Shown: positions 28,772 to 44,007, counted from the first letter of the stretch. The stretch is DNA of 64,000 nt from Eledone cirrhosa (GCA_964016885.1 OZ024747.1:5332001-5396000); one strand, 5' to 3'. The notes: a model not told the origin generated them from the letters alone. A program made the numbers and translations.

Positions 28772-29599
28772 CACACACAGATATGTTTTGTGTGTGTATA
28801 TGCATGATTATGTGTGAATGGGTGTTCGTGTTTATATGTTTGCATTTACCTGTATGACAGAGCGCGTGTGTATACGTGTGCCTTATATGATTGCATATGC
28901 TTGCATATATGGGTATATATAAGCCTGTATGCGTGTACGCGTGTACGTGTGTACGATATATATATTGGGCCTATATGATCTTACAGTTGTCTTTCATGCT
29001 GGTTATGACATGACAGACAGGGTTCAACGCGTACAAGTCCTACGTTAAGCAGACGACACTATGGTGTCACTAAAAATAGTGTCAGAAAATGTGATTCACA
29101 AAACTAGAATGAAAACTGGACCCTTTCTATGAATTGACTCGGATTAGTAAAGATTACTAATATAAGGAGGAGGCCACAAAGATTTTAGGGAGGTCAGGGT
29201 TCAGGATAAAGAGGTTTAGGGTAACCAAATATATCGGTGCTGGTCCTTAGCCTGCAGATTAATTTATTGAACTCTGTAAGGAACTCTGTAAATCTGAATC
29301 AAACTCGGTGGGATTTGAACTTATAACAGAAAGAGATTCAACAAAATACCGCAATGTAGTCACAGACACACAATGTTTAATGATAAGATTATACGTAAAT
29401 ATTGATCACATGTCTATATCTATATGTATTATGTTTGAAATATGATCAGAGTTACATTCGATCCGAAATGATCTGAGGCTAAATAACAACTAAACATTAC
29501 TGATGATAGATCCTGTTGAAAATGTTTTTATCTGATATCCCAAAACAGTCATATCCAATAGGACCAAGGAAATAATGTGTCCATTGCTGATAGTATCTG

Positions 29600-29738
29600 C
29601 CGGTCGCAACTGTTGGCAGAAGGAACAACGTAAAATAAAGTGCCTGCTTGCTCTAGAACATAACGCCTCACCCTGTCCGGGAATTGAACTCGCAACCTCA
29701 TGATTGCGAATCCAATTCCATAACCACAAAGCCATGCA
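29600..29738 (-). mobile_element. tRNA-derived CORE-type SINE (family S2)
   Basis: A box TGGCTTTGTGG, B box GAGTTCAATTCC and a CORE-like TGTTCTAGAGCAAG..GCACTTTA. Confidence 0.7.
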
Positions 29739-29945
29739 GATATCCGAGCCGTCTGAGTTGTTGTCTGTAGAGGGTGGATTCGATGCTGCGAGTTCTGACG
29801 GCTAATTTTCTGGCGTGTAAACCTCTCACGACAAGAAGACAAACGCGATTTTCTACGGACGTTGGGTGTCCATGTTTCGCAGTCATGGGGGAAAGAGGAA
29901 ATGCAGGTTGTTCGACAGACAGGCATTTTGTTATGGGACCTGGTG
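29739..29945 (-). pseudogene. Degraded RTE ORF fragment
   Basis: HDCETWT (cf. YGCETWT) and SIESTLYRQQLRRLGY (cf. QLRWLGH). Confidence 0.7.
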
Positions 29946-30151
29946 AGTCATATAAAGAGTCGTTCTAGATAATTCCTAAAACACATGCACAAATAAACAC
30001 ACATATACACACAAGCACAAATAAACTCACATATACACAAACACAAACTCCTATCACACACACACTAACTCCCCCATATATATATATATATATATATACT
30101 TTTTATGGACATATGTGCATTTACGTATTTGAATTCATATATGCATGTATA

Positions 30152-30234
<83 letters not shown>

Positions 30235-30552
30235 GTATGTGTGTGTGTGGGTGAATGTAATATAATTGGCTGATTCATGAATCCTTACTCGGAGTTTCTA
30301 CAAGTTAACAGATCTTCAGATGATTGTCACGGTATAACAAAAACAATAAGCAACACAGATGAAAGTACATGTATTTTCATCTGTGATTGTCGCTGTTTTT
30401 CTTACGACATGTTAGACATTTGCAGACTAATTGCTCAGCCAATTAAAATATCTATACTTTAATAATTGTATCGAGTACTCTTTCTACTGTTTGTTACTAC
30501 AATCAACCCTCCACTCTCTCATGCACATAATGTATATATAAATAATACATAT

Positions 30553-30614
<62 letters not shown>

Positions 30615-30684
30615 CATACATGCATATGCATATATGTGTATGCGTGTATATGCATATATATATGTATACACGCATACACACACA

Positions 30685-30731
<47 letters not shown>

Positions 30732-30744
30732 ATGTACGTCAGAG

Positions 30745-30930
30745 CGTTAGACATGTTTTGTAGCATAGAGTTACAGCCTTAACATTCTGAGTTCAAATCC
30801 TACCGAGGTTAGTTTTGCTTTTCAACCTTACGGATGAAATAAAGTACCAGTAACAAACTAGGGATGATTTAAGCGATATTCCCCTCCGTCCAAAATTGTG
30901 AGTCTGGTGCCTAAATCAGAAACCATTATT
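30745..30930 (+). mobile_element. SINE S1 copy
   Basis: CTGAGTTCAAATCCTACCGAGG..AAAGTACCAGT..GTGCCTAAATCAGAAACCATTA. Confidence 0.85.
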
Positions 30931-31349
30931 TATATCAATCTTAGCTAAGTTTAAAAGATCTTGCCTTCCATAAGTGATACTGAGGTATCCTGTGAAGTAG
31001 GGAATAGAGTTAGAAAGAAATATAGATAGAAAAGATTATATAGTGAGACCAATGAAGGAAATGTTGGTGGAACCTCCGTAAAATGGAAACAGCAACCAAA
31101 TCAAAACAAAAATCAACTTGATATTGTTGTTGAGGCTGCGAGACGCTGTGACAATAATTTTACTTCATTCAGTGTTACTTTTAGACTAACCATTGGATAA
31201 TACATTATATAGAGCTGTATATGAAAACGTATATAAACGTTTATTATTGTTATAAACATATATTATTGTTGTACAATAAACATATATTATTGTTATAAAC
31301 ATATATAAAAATATTTTTCTTCGCAATCGAAGAAAAATATTTTTTCTTA

Positions 31350-31493
31350 ACATAGAGTTACGCCCCTTTATGGTCTGAGTTCAAATCCCGCCGAGGTTAA
31401 CTTTGCCTTTCATCCTTACGGGGTCGATAAAATAAAGTACCAGTAATACACTGGGATAATTGCTGGACTTGTGCCGATAGTAGAAACAATTAT
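31350..31493 (+). mobile_element. SINE S1 copy
   Basis: CTGAGTTCAAATCCCGCCGAGGTTAACTTTGCCTTTCATCCTTACGGGGTCGATAAAATAAAGTACCAGT. Confidence 0.9.
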
Positions 31494-32039
31494 TAAAAGA
31501 CGAAGTGGTCAGAACTGAAATGCTGCTGACCACAATTCTGCCTAGATTTAATCAAAAACAATAAAAACAAAAACTATATAAACACACATATAGACTCATA
31601 TACACTCATATACACATACACACATATATACTCATATATACTCCTCATACACACATACAGACGAGATAATTACTGGGAGATTTACTGTCCTCGTGATGTG
31701 GTTCGGAATCATCGATCGTTTTGCGTGTGAAACAGTTTGCAGTAACACGCTGTTATGATATAGGATATCAGCCCGGCATATTTGTATTCAACTATATACC
31801 CCGAAACGTATTGTAACACTAAACCCACAACAATGTCGTTACTGAGCTGTCTACGAGATTCCGTGTGAATAGACCACAGCAACATGCTGTTATGACATTT
31901 GATATCTGCCCGGCATATTTGTAATCAATATCAGCTTTTGAAACATAGGATATATATTAAGCTGTAAAACGCGCAAGAGAATGTATGTATTTATATACAT
32001 ATGTATGAAGGTATTACGTATGTATACATATGTACACGT

Positions 32040-32077
<38 letters not shown>

Positions 32078-32087
32078 ACACCTGTGT

Positions 32088-32178
<91 letters not shown>

Positions 32179-32198
32179 AATCTGTGTATATACACACA

Positions 32199-32281
<83 letters not shown>

Positions 32282-32300
32282 CATACATACATCTGTGTAT

Positions 32301-32386
<86 letters not shown>

Positions 32387-32719
32387 GAATATAAGATATA
32401 TATATATATATAATTACATACATCTGTGTACATATATATATATAAATCTTCATTTACACAACACATTTCGCCTCATGGGTTCTCTATCTCATTCTTCGTT
32501 CTTTCTTTCCCTATCTCTCTTCCCCTCTTCACTCTCTCTACCCCTCTTCACTCTCTCTCCCTCTCTCTCTCTCTCCCTCTCTCTCTCTCTTGCTCTCTCT
32601 CTCTCTCTCTCTCTCTCATAATCTATCTATCTTTTCTCTTTACACACATATGCGTATATAATTCGTAAAAAGCTTTCTAGAATAGGGTTAAACGCCAGAA
32701 GTCTATAGTGAGGGGCACA

Positions 32720-32820
32720 GTCCCTTAAACTGATCCCAATATATGACTGGTACTTGTTTTCTCAAAGCCGGAAGCAAGAATGGCAAAGTAGACCTCGGTA
32801 GGTTTTGAACTCAGAAAGTA
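32720..32820 (-). mobile_element. Degenerate SINE S1 copy
   Basis: GACTGGTACTT..GGCAAAGTAGACCTCGG..TTTGAACTCAGA. Confidence 0.7.
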
Positions 32821-33245
32821 AGACATTTTGTCTACAACATAGTCAAATACATATTAAACCCCTCACATACGCACACACACACAGAGGCACACACACAGAG
32901 GCACACACACACACAGATACTATACAGACCCCTTTCCCGCCTTTATCCATCATTAACGTCCTGTCTTTAAGACTCGTTACAGACGAGAATTCTCGGTAAT
33001 GAGAAATGCTTAGCTAGGCCAAATCTGATTCACCTTTGACCTGACAATTTGAACCTTCATCAAATGACTAACTGTCAATTGCCATAATATTGAAGACCAG
33101 GAGTTGGCTGACTGATGTATCTATCATGGAGAGCTATAATACATATATATATATATATATATATACATACACACACACGTATATATATATATATACATAC
33201 ACACACACGTATATATATATATATATATACATACACACACACACG

Positions 33246-33277
<32 letters not shown>

Positions 33278-33448
33278 TGCATACACACACACACATTATA
33301 TATATATATATATATTATATATACACTTCACCTACATACTAACATATCCTCCTATCTAACTATCTATCTGTTTATTAGCTCTATAACTTCTTTGTATATA
33401 TGTATGTATGTACATAAGTTTCTGTTTCTTTCTATCTCTCTCACTTGC

Positions 33449-33552
<104 letters not shown>

Positions 33553-34267
33553 ACACACAGAGAAAGAGAGAGAGTGGGAGAGTGGGGTAGAAAAACAGAT
33601 AGATGGGCAAGGAAGTATTAGTAGTTCGCTTTCGTCGGTCTCAGACTTCGTCAGCTTGCTAGTGAAAGTATGGAACATCGTATCTATCGCCTTCTGGGCA
33701 ACCATTTTGCCGGTTACTCTACTGAGCAGCAGACGTCACTCTTTGTCAAATTAGGCTATTTATGTTTTTCAACGGAAAAAGTAAATAGAAATAAATGTAA
33801 TGTAAATGTAGGTTTATTTTTATTGCTATTTCCTTTAGCCTGTTTGTTGCCGACTCAGACACAACGGATTCTTCAGATTCTCAATTTTAACTTATTATGC
33901 CTTACTGGTATAAACAAACACTTCAACCTCAATAAATATCACATTTTTTCACAGATAATTCATAGTCCCCACAGTTCTCAACAGTTAGGTTATTCTAGTA
34001 CTGGTTATATTTCACAGCTAATGTTCACACAACTGCCAACACTAACGATATTCTATTACTAACATATTGAAGTGTTGATGTTGAGGGAGAGAATTAACCC
34101 GAAGATGTTAAGAATTGTAAATTACAAATTAATGGCTAGAATATAAAATGCATTTGACAATAGTTACTGGCAAAAATGAACATATACTAAATCCACCCAT
34201 GTTAGAAATATTGGTATGTATGTATGTCTCTTTCTTTTCTTTTTTATGGTTTCTATTCTTCTTATAT

Positions 34268-34340
34268 CCGAGGGTAACTTTGCCTTTCTTTCATTGAATG
34301 TCGATAAAAAAAGTACCAGTGAAATACTGGGGTCGATTCC
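34268..34340 (+). mobile_element. SINE S1 fragment
   Basis: AACTTTGCCTTTC..GTCGATAAAAAAGTACCAGT..ACTGGGGTCGAT. Confidence 0.7.
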
Positions 34341-34979
34341 TCCTCTATATCTCCTTCTCACTTCCTTTTTTTTCACTCTCTATGTTTCTCTGGAAGTAAT
34401 ATGCTGTATTCAGACCTGGAAAGAAGATGGCTCTACCCTGTTTTAAAATGCCCCTATGTCAATATGACGCCCCTACGACGCTCTCGGGACTTATGGATCC
34501 ATACCATTCTTCTTATAACATAGGCATATGTTTCTAACTCAGAGACAAAGCAGTAGATTGTTAGTAGAATACGCCCCTTCGCCTGGAAACACCAGGTTTT
34601 CGAGATTATCACTCAAACACTTACCAACATACGTAAGTGTGTCAATGGTTATAAGTACAGTACAAACTAGGGAAGAGGAGTTAACCATAAACGTTCGCTT
34701 TCTTGCTAATTTAGAATGAAAGATTCACATAAGTTGGGTAGTTGACCTCTACAATAGTAAATCATTTTTGTTTTCTCTTCCAAGTAAATACATCTGATTT
34801 GTTGAGTTTGTAGTTTAGTAGAAGCTTCTTTGGGGATGTTTTATCAGCATTTTTTTTTTGTTGAAATATATAAATGTACTAAACGCTATAAATATATATT
34901 TAAATATTTTATCTGGCATTAATCCTTCCGTCATAGCTCACGGTATGTTGTTCTAGTTACAATGTCATGCAGTATAAAA

Positions 34980-35725
34980 CAGTTACACCTTCATGACATT
35001 TCCAGGTACTTGCTAATCATATATATGTCATCAACAGAAATGTAGCATAATCGATATTTTCGATCCCATCTTGGGACTTTAAAGGTTTCTCTGTCTCTAT
35101 AAGTCTTACTCTTGGAGTACAAAAGTATAACCTACAAAATACGACGTCATACAATGACCATGATTCCGGTAGATGTAACACTTCCTATCAATATTAACAT
35201 CAAGTTTACCAGAAACGTATCCATGGTGTAAATTTCTGTGGTGTTACAGTGATCCTTCTCCAGATCTTTGTTGGCATAACAACCAGAGGGTTATCTTCAC
35301 TGTTGAAGTTAACCAAGTTCTCAGTATCCAACCACTGAGCTCTGGGTAAAAATATTTGACAGTCTACGAATGTGTTTAGAGAAGAATACAACTACAGATA
35401 TAGCTACGCCCAGGTCACGAATGGATTCAGTGATTTTAATAGTTTCTTTCTTTGGAGCTAGATAAAAATATTTCGGTGGGAGTGTATCAGTAATAGAGTG
35501 TAGAGAAAGTCGTGGAATTCCAGACCTTGTTATTGTTATTTGCCTAATCTTATATGGAATTTTATTGTTATTGCCATGTATTGCGGTGTATATGGTGGTG
35601 TTGGAGAATGTAGAAGCCTCCATTTGTTTTGATTTCCAGCGAGACTATTAGAGTGTCGTCTGCTTACCTACTCAATATGGCTGATAGTCAATGTTTTGTC
35701 CACATCAGACAATATGATGAGGAAC
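34980..35725 (-). pseudogene. Highly degraded CR1/L2-group LINE reverse transcriptase
   Basis: ADDT motif (~35652-35663) followed by ESIRDLGVAIS...FSKHI, the typical RT/thumb motif order. Many stops and frameshifts. Confidence 0.7.
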
Positions 35726-35769
35726 ACTTGCTTTTTGCATACATATTTCAACACCACATGCTTCGAATC

Positions 35770-35922
<153 letters not shown>

Positions 35923-36006
35923 CTTTCTGGAGTTGTGTTTCCCTTCCTCTTTCTCTCTGTTTTTGCCGTCTCTCTTTACCAATCTCCTTAAACACACACA
36001 CTGATG

Positions 36007-36064
<58 letters not shown>

Positions 36065-36428
36065 GTATGCATGTACCTTGATGTTTCTCCCATATCTTAT
36101 TTACTTTGTTTCACTGGGTACTTGTAAGTATGTATAAGATATATGTGTTTGAACGACTCTTACTAAGCTTGTTATTGTTGTTTATTTATATTTAACTTCA
36201 ACCCAGTCCTGTCTGAGAAGACTTAATATCTAAACCATTATATGAAACATAAGATGTGTGCGTCCCAACGATAATAGTCGCTCCCTATAAATAATAGTTG
36301 ACAAAATCGTGTATAGTTCTCTGGAGAAATCGAACTAGCATCGCTCAGATGCCGAGCAAGATCATTAACCAGCATCGCCTAGAGCTCAGTTGTCGAGTCC
36401 CAACTCCCTCTAATATAGTCACATCCTG

Positions 36429-36476
<48 letters not shown>

Positions 36477-36507
36477 ATGTATATATATATATATATATAT
36501 ATATACA

Positions 36508-36546
36508 TGGTCCCTCACCACACTTCCTTCGTTATATATATACACA

Positions 36547-36578
<32 letters not shown>

Positions 36579-36663
36579 CGAAGGAAGTGTGGCGAGGGAC
36601 CAGGTGGACGATAACACACACACAGAGAACTCAATACTCTGCCGTCGGGGTCTTGAACATTTT

Positions 36664-36667
<4 letters not shown>
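36508..36667. mobile_element. Two family-B-related stubs, tail-to-tail across (TA)n
   Basis: GGTCCCTCACCACACTTCCTTCGTTA (+) and its longer inverse at 36577-36640, joined to GCCGTCGGGGTC..TTCCTA. Confidence 0.7.
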
Positions 36668-36698
<31 letters not shown>

Positions 36699-36701
<3 letters not shown>

Positions 36702-36768
36702 GCCCGGGTTCAATGATTTCTTTTGAATGAAACAGTTCTAGTCCCATAGAAGCCGTTTCTATATTAAA
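36699..36768 (+). mobile_element. Family C stub with partial hammerhead core
   Basis: ATGA-TTTCTTTTGAAT-GAAA-CAGTTCTAGTC..ATATTAA, shared with 46217-46266. Confidence 0.65.
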
Positions 36769-36780
36769 CTGTGTGTATTC

Positions 36781-36820
<40 letters not shown>

Positions 36821-37381
36821 ATATATATGTGTGTGTGTGTGTGCTGAATTATGTGAGGGTCATAGACTATGTGTGTATGCATGTATATGTATGCGCGACG
36901 CGTGCAAAGTCGAGTAAGAGTGTATTCGATTTTATGATAGTGTCTTAATGCGTGAGGATGTGTATGTATGTATGTATGAATGTACCTATGTACGTACGTA
37001 TGTATGTATCTATATGTCTGTATGCAAGTGCCTGTCTGTGCAAGTGTGCGCTAGAATTTATGCGATTTTACGACAATGTTCTAGTGAGTGAGCGTGGAAA
37101 TGCGTCCGTGCATGTGTCCATGTAGGTACACACATGTTTATGTGTGTATGTGTTTATGTGTGTATGTGTTTATGTGTGAATGTGTTTATGTGTGTATGTG
37201 TTAATGTGTGTGTGTGTTTGTGTGTGAATATGCCAAGGTGTCTGTGTGTCACTACAGATGTTCAAGAGGGTAACCTCAGTGCATACCAATAATTTGTATG
37301 GACGTAAATTTCAAATGTTGTTTCTTTCTTTTTATATACAGAAACGACCCACACTTGCTCTTATATGTATACATTCATTAT

Positions 37382-37452
<71 letters not shown>

Positions 37453-37626
37453 GAGAAAGAGAGAGAGAGTGAGAGAGAGAGATGCACACACACACACACA
37501 TATCAATAATACACACACACATTCACATGATACAAAATAACGTACTATGAGTCACTGATTCATTTAAACACACTTGTTCTCTTACTCTCCTCTTTCTCTC
37601 CACCACTTCCCCCTCTCCCTATACAC

Positions 37627-37663
<37 letters not shown>

Positions 37664-38224
37664 AATATATACTCGTATATATATACATACACACATTACA
37701 TTTAAGTAAACATAACACACACTCGCACAGACACACACACATATATGTCTAAAGAAAGCTTTTCCCGTAGCAAGCATTGGGGAAATCTGAAATTTGAAAT
37801 GTGTGCGTCTCAACGCAAATGACTATAATAATAGTTGTCATTATATATTATTGATGAGAAATCGGACCTCGCATCTCTTGGAGGACGGCCATCCGAGAGA
37901 TCAGGTGTTCGATTCTACCCGGTCACCCCTGTTCACCTTTACCGTCTGGGAGGGCAATAATTGTTTAGCATAGTGGTTAACCCACTCGCTCGGCATCTGA
38001 AGGATGTGAGTTCAATTTCTCGCAGGCGACCCCCCCCCCCCCACACACACACACACACAACACACCCCTTTGTTTCTATCTCCAGAATACTTTACCCGAT
38101 CTTGTCAAATACTATCTATAGTGGTCGACTGTTATTGTTCGGATACACACATTTTCTGTTTCACATAATGGTTTAGATATTGTTATGGTGGTGGTGGTGG
38201 TGGTGGTGGTTGATGGCCAAATAG

Positions 38225-38263
38225 GTTCGGTGCGGCTCGCGGGCCACAGTTTACCTATGACTG
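38225..38263 (-). mobile_element. Possible hAT/Charlie-type terminal fragment
   Basis: CAGTCATAGGTAAACTGTGGCCCGCGAGCCG resembles Charlie-type MITE termini. No partner end was seen. Confidence 0.4.
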
Positions 38264-38602
38264 CACTAAAACAACATCAAATACGACGTAAAACATCCTG
38301 CACCAGATGGCACCCGAAGCCTGTTTGGTTGTAGCAGGTCCGTTATCCAAGACGAGCCATAATCTTGCTCTTCGAAAAGGAAGCGAAGAAATATATCTTT
38401 CTTCAATCGGACTTCACATAACCAGAAAACCTAACATGGCACATAGCAAGGAATTAGTTTACCTGGCAGAGACCCAGTCCTGTAGAAACTATAGACAACA
38501 CTTTGTGGGATAGGTGTGAACTATAGCAAACATGAAAACCACTGCACGAAAATATTACTGTAAAATACACAACACACAAGATATGTTGCTTAGATACATT
38601 AA

Positions 38603-38823
38603 CCCTTTAACGTTTACATTACTCTATATATACTATTGTATTTTCATTGTAAAGGCTTCATCTCACACACTTACTTTACATAATATCGAATCTAAGAAAT
38701 TTTGATATTATTTATTTTGAGAACAATACCTTAACTTAAGTATAAGCAGCCGGTTACAGCTGGTTTGAACAGAAAGTAGTGAGAGAATTCTGGCCGGATA
38801 CGGCCGGTTAAAGTACTAAAGGG
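38603..38823. mobile_element. piggyBac-type MITE
   Basis: TTAA|CCCTTTA...TAAAGGG|TTAA, i.e. a TTAA target duplication and CCC/GGG termini. Confidence 0.7.
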
Positions 38824-38832
38824 TTAACATAT

Positions 38833-39048
38833 ATGGTTTCTGAATTAGACTCAAGGCTAACGATTTTGGGGAAGGAGAAAGTCGATTTAATGGATCCCAA
38901 TGCGTTACTGGTACTTTATTTTATCGACCTTCTAAGGATGAAAAGCAAAGCTAACCTCGGCAGGATGTGAACACAGAAAGTAAAGGGACATAACTATATA
39001 CCGCAAAGCATTTTGTCCGACGCTCTACCGATTCTGCCAATCCACCAC
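38833..39048 (-). mobile_element. SINE S1 copy, near full length
   Basis: A box TGGCAGAATCGG, body and 3' GAAACCAT end. Confidence 0.85.
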
Positions 39049-39094
39049 CCTACCTACATATATGAATAAGAATACATATGCAATATGTATTCAT

Positions 39095-39225
39095 GTTGTG
39101 AAGGTGAATGGCTTAGTGGTTAGAGCATTGGGCTTGCAATCGAAAGGTTGTGCGTTCAATTCTCGGACCGGTTGATGTGTTGTTTCCTTGAGCAGTTTAC
39201 TCAGCTGTAGAAATGAGATGATAGG
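39095..39225 (+). mobile_element. tRNA-derived CORE-type SINE (family S2)
   Basis: A box TGGCTTAGTGG, B box GTTCAATTC, then TGTTTCCTTGAGC. Confidence 0.7.
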
Positions 39226-39379
39226 ACTGGGGTCCCTATCATTAAATTACCCAAGACACCTCCAACGAGATAAATCTTGGAGGAGGCCCGCTAAACCTAC
39301 ATAGGTGTGAGCTGTCACACACACATATGCAATATGTGAATATATATGCAAGATAATGAGAGAAATTACGTGGACCCTA

Positions 39380-39480
39380 AATCTACTAGAAATAGCAGTC
39401 AAACCTCCTTCAAGGTAGAACTTACCATCTTAAAGATGGAAAGATCATATTAGGTAATATAGTCATAAATAGTCTAGACA
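39380..39480 (+). repeat. Old unclassified interspersed repeat
   Basis: TAGAAATAGCA..ACC.TCTTAAA..GGA..ATAAT motif, also seen at ~63548-63625, ~16660-16745 and inverted at ~42400-42490. Confidence 0.5.
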
Positions 39481-39662
39481 TTTACTGCGTACAGCTAGTG
39501 TGATGTGTTGGTGTACCGCCATCTACTTCTGAACAATAAAGACAAAACAGCCATAACGAAAACACCTTTGATCGTAAGTTTGTTCAAATAGAGTTGACCC
39601 GAGGCGACTGAACCACAACACCGACAAATAGTTGCAGTAAAGAGAATTCTTTTATGTAACTG

Positions 39663-39704
<42 letters not shown>

Positions 39705-39722
39705 GAATTTATATATATACAC

Positions 39723-39763
<41 letters not shown>

Positions 39764-40332
39764 TATGTATATACACACACACAAACACACACATACGTAT
39801 ATATGTAAAAATATACATATATATATGTGTATATATATCTATATATATATATATATTTATTTATTTATTTATACATATATATATTTATGCACATAACCAT
39901 AGCTGTTAATTGCCCTAGCATAAACTCAAAGAAAGTGACTCCAAACCCACTCCAAACCAACGCTATCTAATAACTCAGGTAAATATTCTCCAAATACTTA
40001 CAAGATACATACCACGATCGAGATAAAATAAAACTAATCACGTTCTTCAGAACTGTTTCCATGTTAACAGTCTTGCAGAAATATACGAGCTTTAAATTAA
40101 CAGTAGCAGGATTCATCTTGGTGTAGTAGATACAAAGCCTTCCCACATACGTAGGTGGCAGGGTTCTGTTACTATAGGGGATAATATTTACTTTCCCCCT
40201 TTCAATTGGTTATATACCCAACTTTATATAACTATATTACAATTAATATTCGTTGTAATAGTATTTTTTCAAAAACTAAAGTATTCTTTTGAATTTCATT
40301 CTTACTATATGGTCTTATTGAATGCAATTATT

Positions 40333-40377
<45 letters not shown>

Positions 40378-40557
40378 ATACTTTGGGAGGGTCATGTTGG
40401 AAGGGTCATGTTGCTAAACAAATTCAGAAACGATATATATATATGAAACAAATAATACTTTTAACATTTACTCCTGCGTTTGTCTGTTTTTTGTTTTCTT
40501 TTATTCCGAACTATATATATGTATATATATATATATACATATATATATATGTATGTG

Positions 40558-40596
<39 letters not shown>

Positions 40597-40624
40597 ATAC
40601 ATGTATATGTATATATATGTGTGT

Positions 40625-40725
<101 letters not shown>

Positions 40726-40799
40726 TGTGTGTATGTATATATGTGTGTGTGTGTATATATATGTATATATATGTGTGTGTGTGTGTGTGTATGTATATA

Positions 40800-40830
<31 letters not shown>

Positions 40831-41354
40831 GTGTGTATGTGTGTGTGTATATATATGTATATATATATATATATGTGTGTGAGTGTGGATGTTCTGAGAA
40901 GAAATGGAGAGTGAGACGACTTTGGCTATAAAACAATAACCACTGGCGTTAAAATATCACCGCAAAAACAGGGATAATTGAATTAATGAATTAAGATTAA
41001 CATTCTCCAAGAGATCCATGAAATTCCCTTTTAGCCCCGGGTTTGGAATAGTTGGCTGGGTGGGGACATGGGGAGGTGGGGTCTAGTGAAATCATTTAAT
41101 TATCTAATTAATTAACCAGCCGACCATTTAGTGGTAGTGAAGCGAAGACAGTCGATGAACGGTGGAACAAATATTATGTGTTTGTAACGTTAAGTTATGT
41201 ACCTCCACCCCATCACAGATCTTTTGTTTATTCGTACATGTGAACTATTGTGTACTTATATAGATATATACATATATATATGTATATATTTATCTATATA
41301 TATGTATATATGTATATATATGTATATATATATATGTATATATATGTCTATATG

Positions 41355-41417
<63 letters not shown>

Positions 41418-41423
<6 letters not shown>

Positions 41424-41612
41424 TTAAGTCGTTTGGAAGCCTCGACAATGCAAATGGGTAAATCTCCGGGTAACAAGGTCCGGTGGTGGAGAGAGAGATG
41501 TATATATGTTGTTACCCGGAGATTTACCCATTTGCATTGTCGAGGCTTCTAAACGACTTAAAGATATTTACTTATTGTTCCACAATGCTTCAAGCAAACT
41601 TCAATACTCTCT
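41418..41612 (+). mobile_element. Family D fold-back insertion
   Basis: 59-bp arms (41418-41476 and 41509-41567, one mismatch), a 32-bp spacer and a ~45-bp tail. In (TA)n. Confidence 0.8.
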
Positions 41613-41818
41613 TATATATATATATACTGTATATTATACATATTTATATATATATATATATATATATGTGTGCACGTGCGTGTATATATATATATTATAT
41701 ATATACTTAACTAAATAAAAAAAACAAATACATGGATGCAAAAACAATATATATGTATATATATATATATATATGTGTGTGTGTCTATACATATATATAT
41801 ATGTGTGTGTATGTATGA

Positions 41819-41891
<73 letters not shown>

Positions 41892-42885
41892 TAAAAACTG
41901 CTTATTAAATCACTATTTAGAAATGTGGGAAAGAACACCAAACTCAATGTTACAACTGTCGAAACCCGTGTATATCATTTCTGAACCCCACAAAAGTGGT
42001 TCAATTTCCTTCAGTCGCGTTGTTATTTTTTCTTTCTCAATCTCAAATCAGTGATGAGGCAAGTGTAATGCCTAATATCGTTTATCATTAATCCATATGT
42101 GTAGAACGTATAACCATTTATACGTTCTACACATATGCGTTCTACATTTATACGTTCTACACATAGCGTTTGCTAAAAAGTCTAAAAATCTAGGAAAGTT
42201 TTGGTAGAAAAAAGTCATTTCGATCAAAATTAACAAATTTAAAAAAAAATCCTTTATTAAAGTCATATTTATCGCCAACAAAAGAATGAAAGACAAGGTT
42301 AAACTCATTCTACTTTGAATATTTAATCTTGATGTCCAGCTTTGAGGAAGAAGACTTATTTTCAAAAGTATTCCAAACTTGACAATTCCGTTTTCAGGAT
42401 ATGTCCAGTTACATTATCTCATTTGTCTTCGCTTAATTCCAGACGATAGGGAGTAATTTACGCGAGATATTTTGCTATTATTTCTAGCATATTCAGCAAT
42501 CCTGTAGAAGCATACTTCGGTTTAATCTTATAAGATAAATAAAATAAATACATAGTTTGAATAAGAAAAGAAAACGCGTGACTGACATATAAATTAAACA
42601 GTATTTTTGATAAACGGAAATTAATCTATGTATGCTTCTTAGCAAACATTGACATGTTAAACACAATTCAATTAGTCGCCACATAAAACATAATCGTGGT
42701 GTATCATATTTTGCCATATTATTCCAGGATCTTTATAATCCCTTTATATATATATATATATATATATATAAGGAATTATGTACGAAATTACATTTCCCAG
42801 GGTGTAGTGTTGATGAAGAACAAAAAATGCTTTTGTTTGTTCGTCTCATGTATTTCGTTTATTTTTTCATGTTCAAGTTTGTTTG

Positions 42886-42964
<79 letters not shown>

Positions 42965-43259
42965 CCCATAACTCGTGATGCAGTCCCAGGGGCGCCGTCA
43001 GGACATATGTCATGTCATGGGCATTTTAAACTTAGTCGAGCCCATCCCATTCCAAATCTGAATACAACCAATTTCTCATAAAGGAGGGGGAAGAGAGGGG
43101 GATGGGAGATTGGGGGGAGGGAGATAGAAAGAGGAATGAGGGTGGGGAAGAATCCACTACCGTTCTCCACTGGTACGTTTTTGGTTTTCAAAACTTTCCA
43201 ATCCAAATAAAATAATTGGTAAACCATTTAGCCAAATGCATTAACTTTACCATTCATAA

Positions 43260-43640
43260 TAATTGTTTCTACCTTTGGCACAAGGCCAGCAATTATTCCA
43301 GTGTATTACTGGTACTTTATTTTATCGACCCCGTAAGGATGAAAGGCAAAGTTAACCTCGGCGGGATTTGAACTCAGAATGGAAAGGACCGTAACTCAAT
43401 GCGTCAAAACATGGCGTCCGACCTTCTACCGATACTGCCAATGAGAAATATTATTGTTTCTACTTTAGGCACAAAGCCAGCAATTACCCAGTGCATTACT
43501 GGTACTTTATTTTATCGACCCCGTAAGGATGAAAGGCAAAGTCAACCTCGGCGGGATTTGAACTCAGATCATAAAGGGACGTAACTATGCTGGAAAGCAT
43601 GGCGTCCGACCCTCTACCGATGCTGCCAATCCACTGCCAA
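43260..43640 (-). mobile_element. Tandem dimer of SINE S1
   Basis: Two near-identical ~185-bp copies head-to-tail, each with A and B boxes. Confidence 0.92.
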
Positions 43641-43768
43641 TGAGAAATATAATGCAAGTGTCATAGTTTTTATATAACTTTGTCTGTCCAGGCCCACATG
43701 TATTGCATCCCTTATGTTTATACAGTGTTTACTCTATTTCTACGTACAAGACTTTATAGATAATAAAT

Positions 43769-43806
<38 letters not shown>

Positions 43807-44007
43807 TTACTACTACTACTACTACTATTTTCTGTCCCGGAACTTATTGTATATACATGCTCTATACATAGTATTGGCTGAGAATCTGAAAATGTATTCT
43901 AAAGTGTAGTATCCATAATTCCTCATCCTCATTACCATTATAATCCCCTTTCGTAGTAGCAGTATAGTAGTAGTGGTAGTGGTAGTGGTAGTAGTAATAG
44001 CAGCAGC

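Noticed and set aside
29495-29530. CTGATGA...GAAA hammerhead-like words
   Set aside because: Stems I, II and III do not pair convincingly.
39095-39175. tRNA gene (also ~23810, ~29670 and ~37965)
   Set aside because: A and B boxes are present but there is no complete cloverleaf. The 29670 and 39095 copies continue into SINE body sequence.
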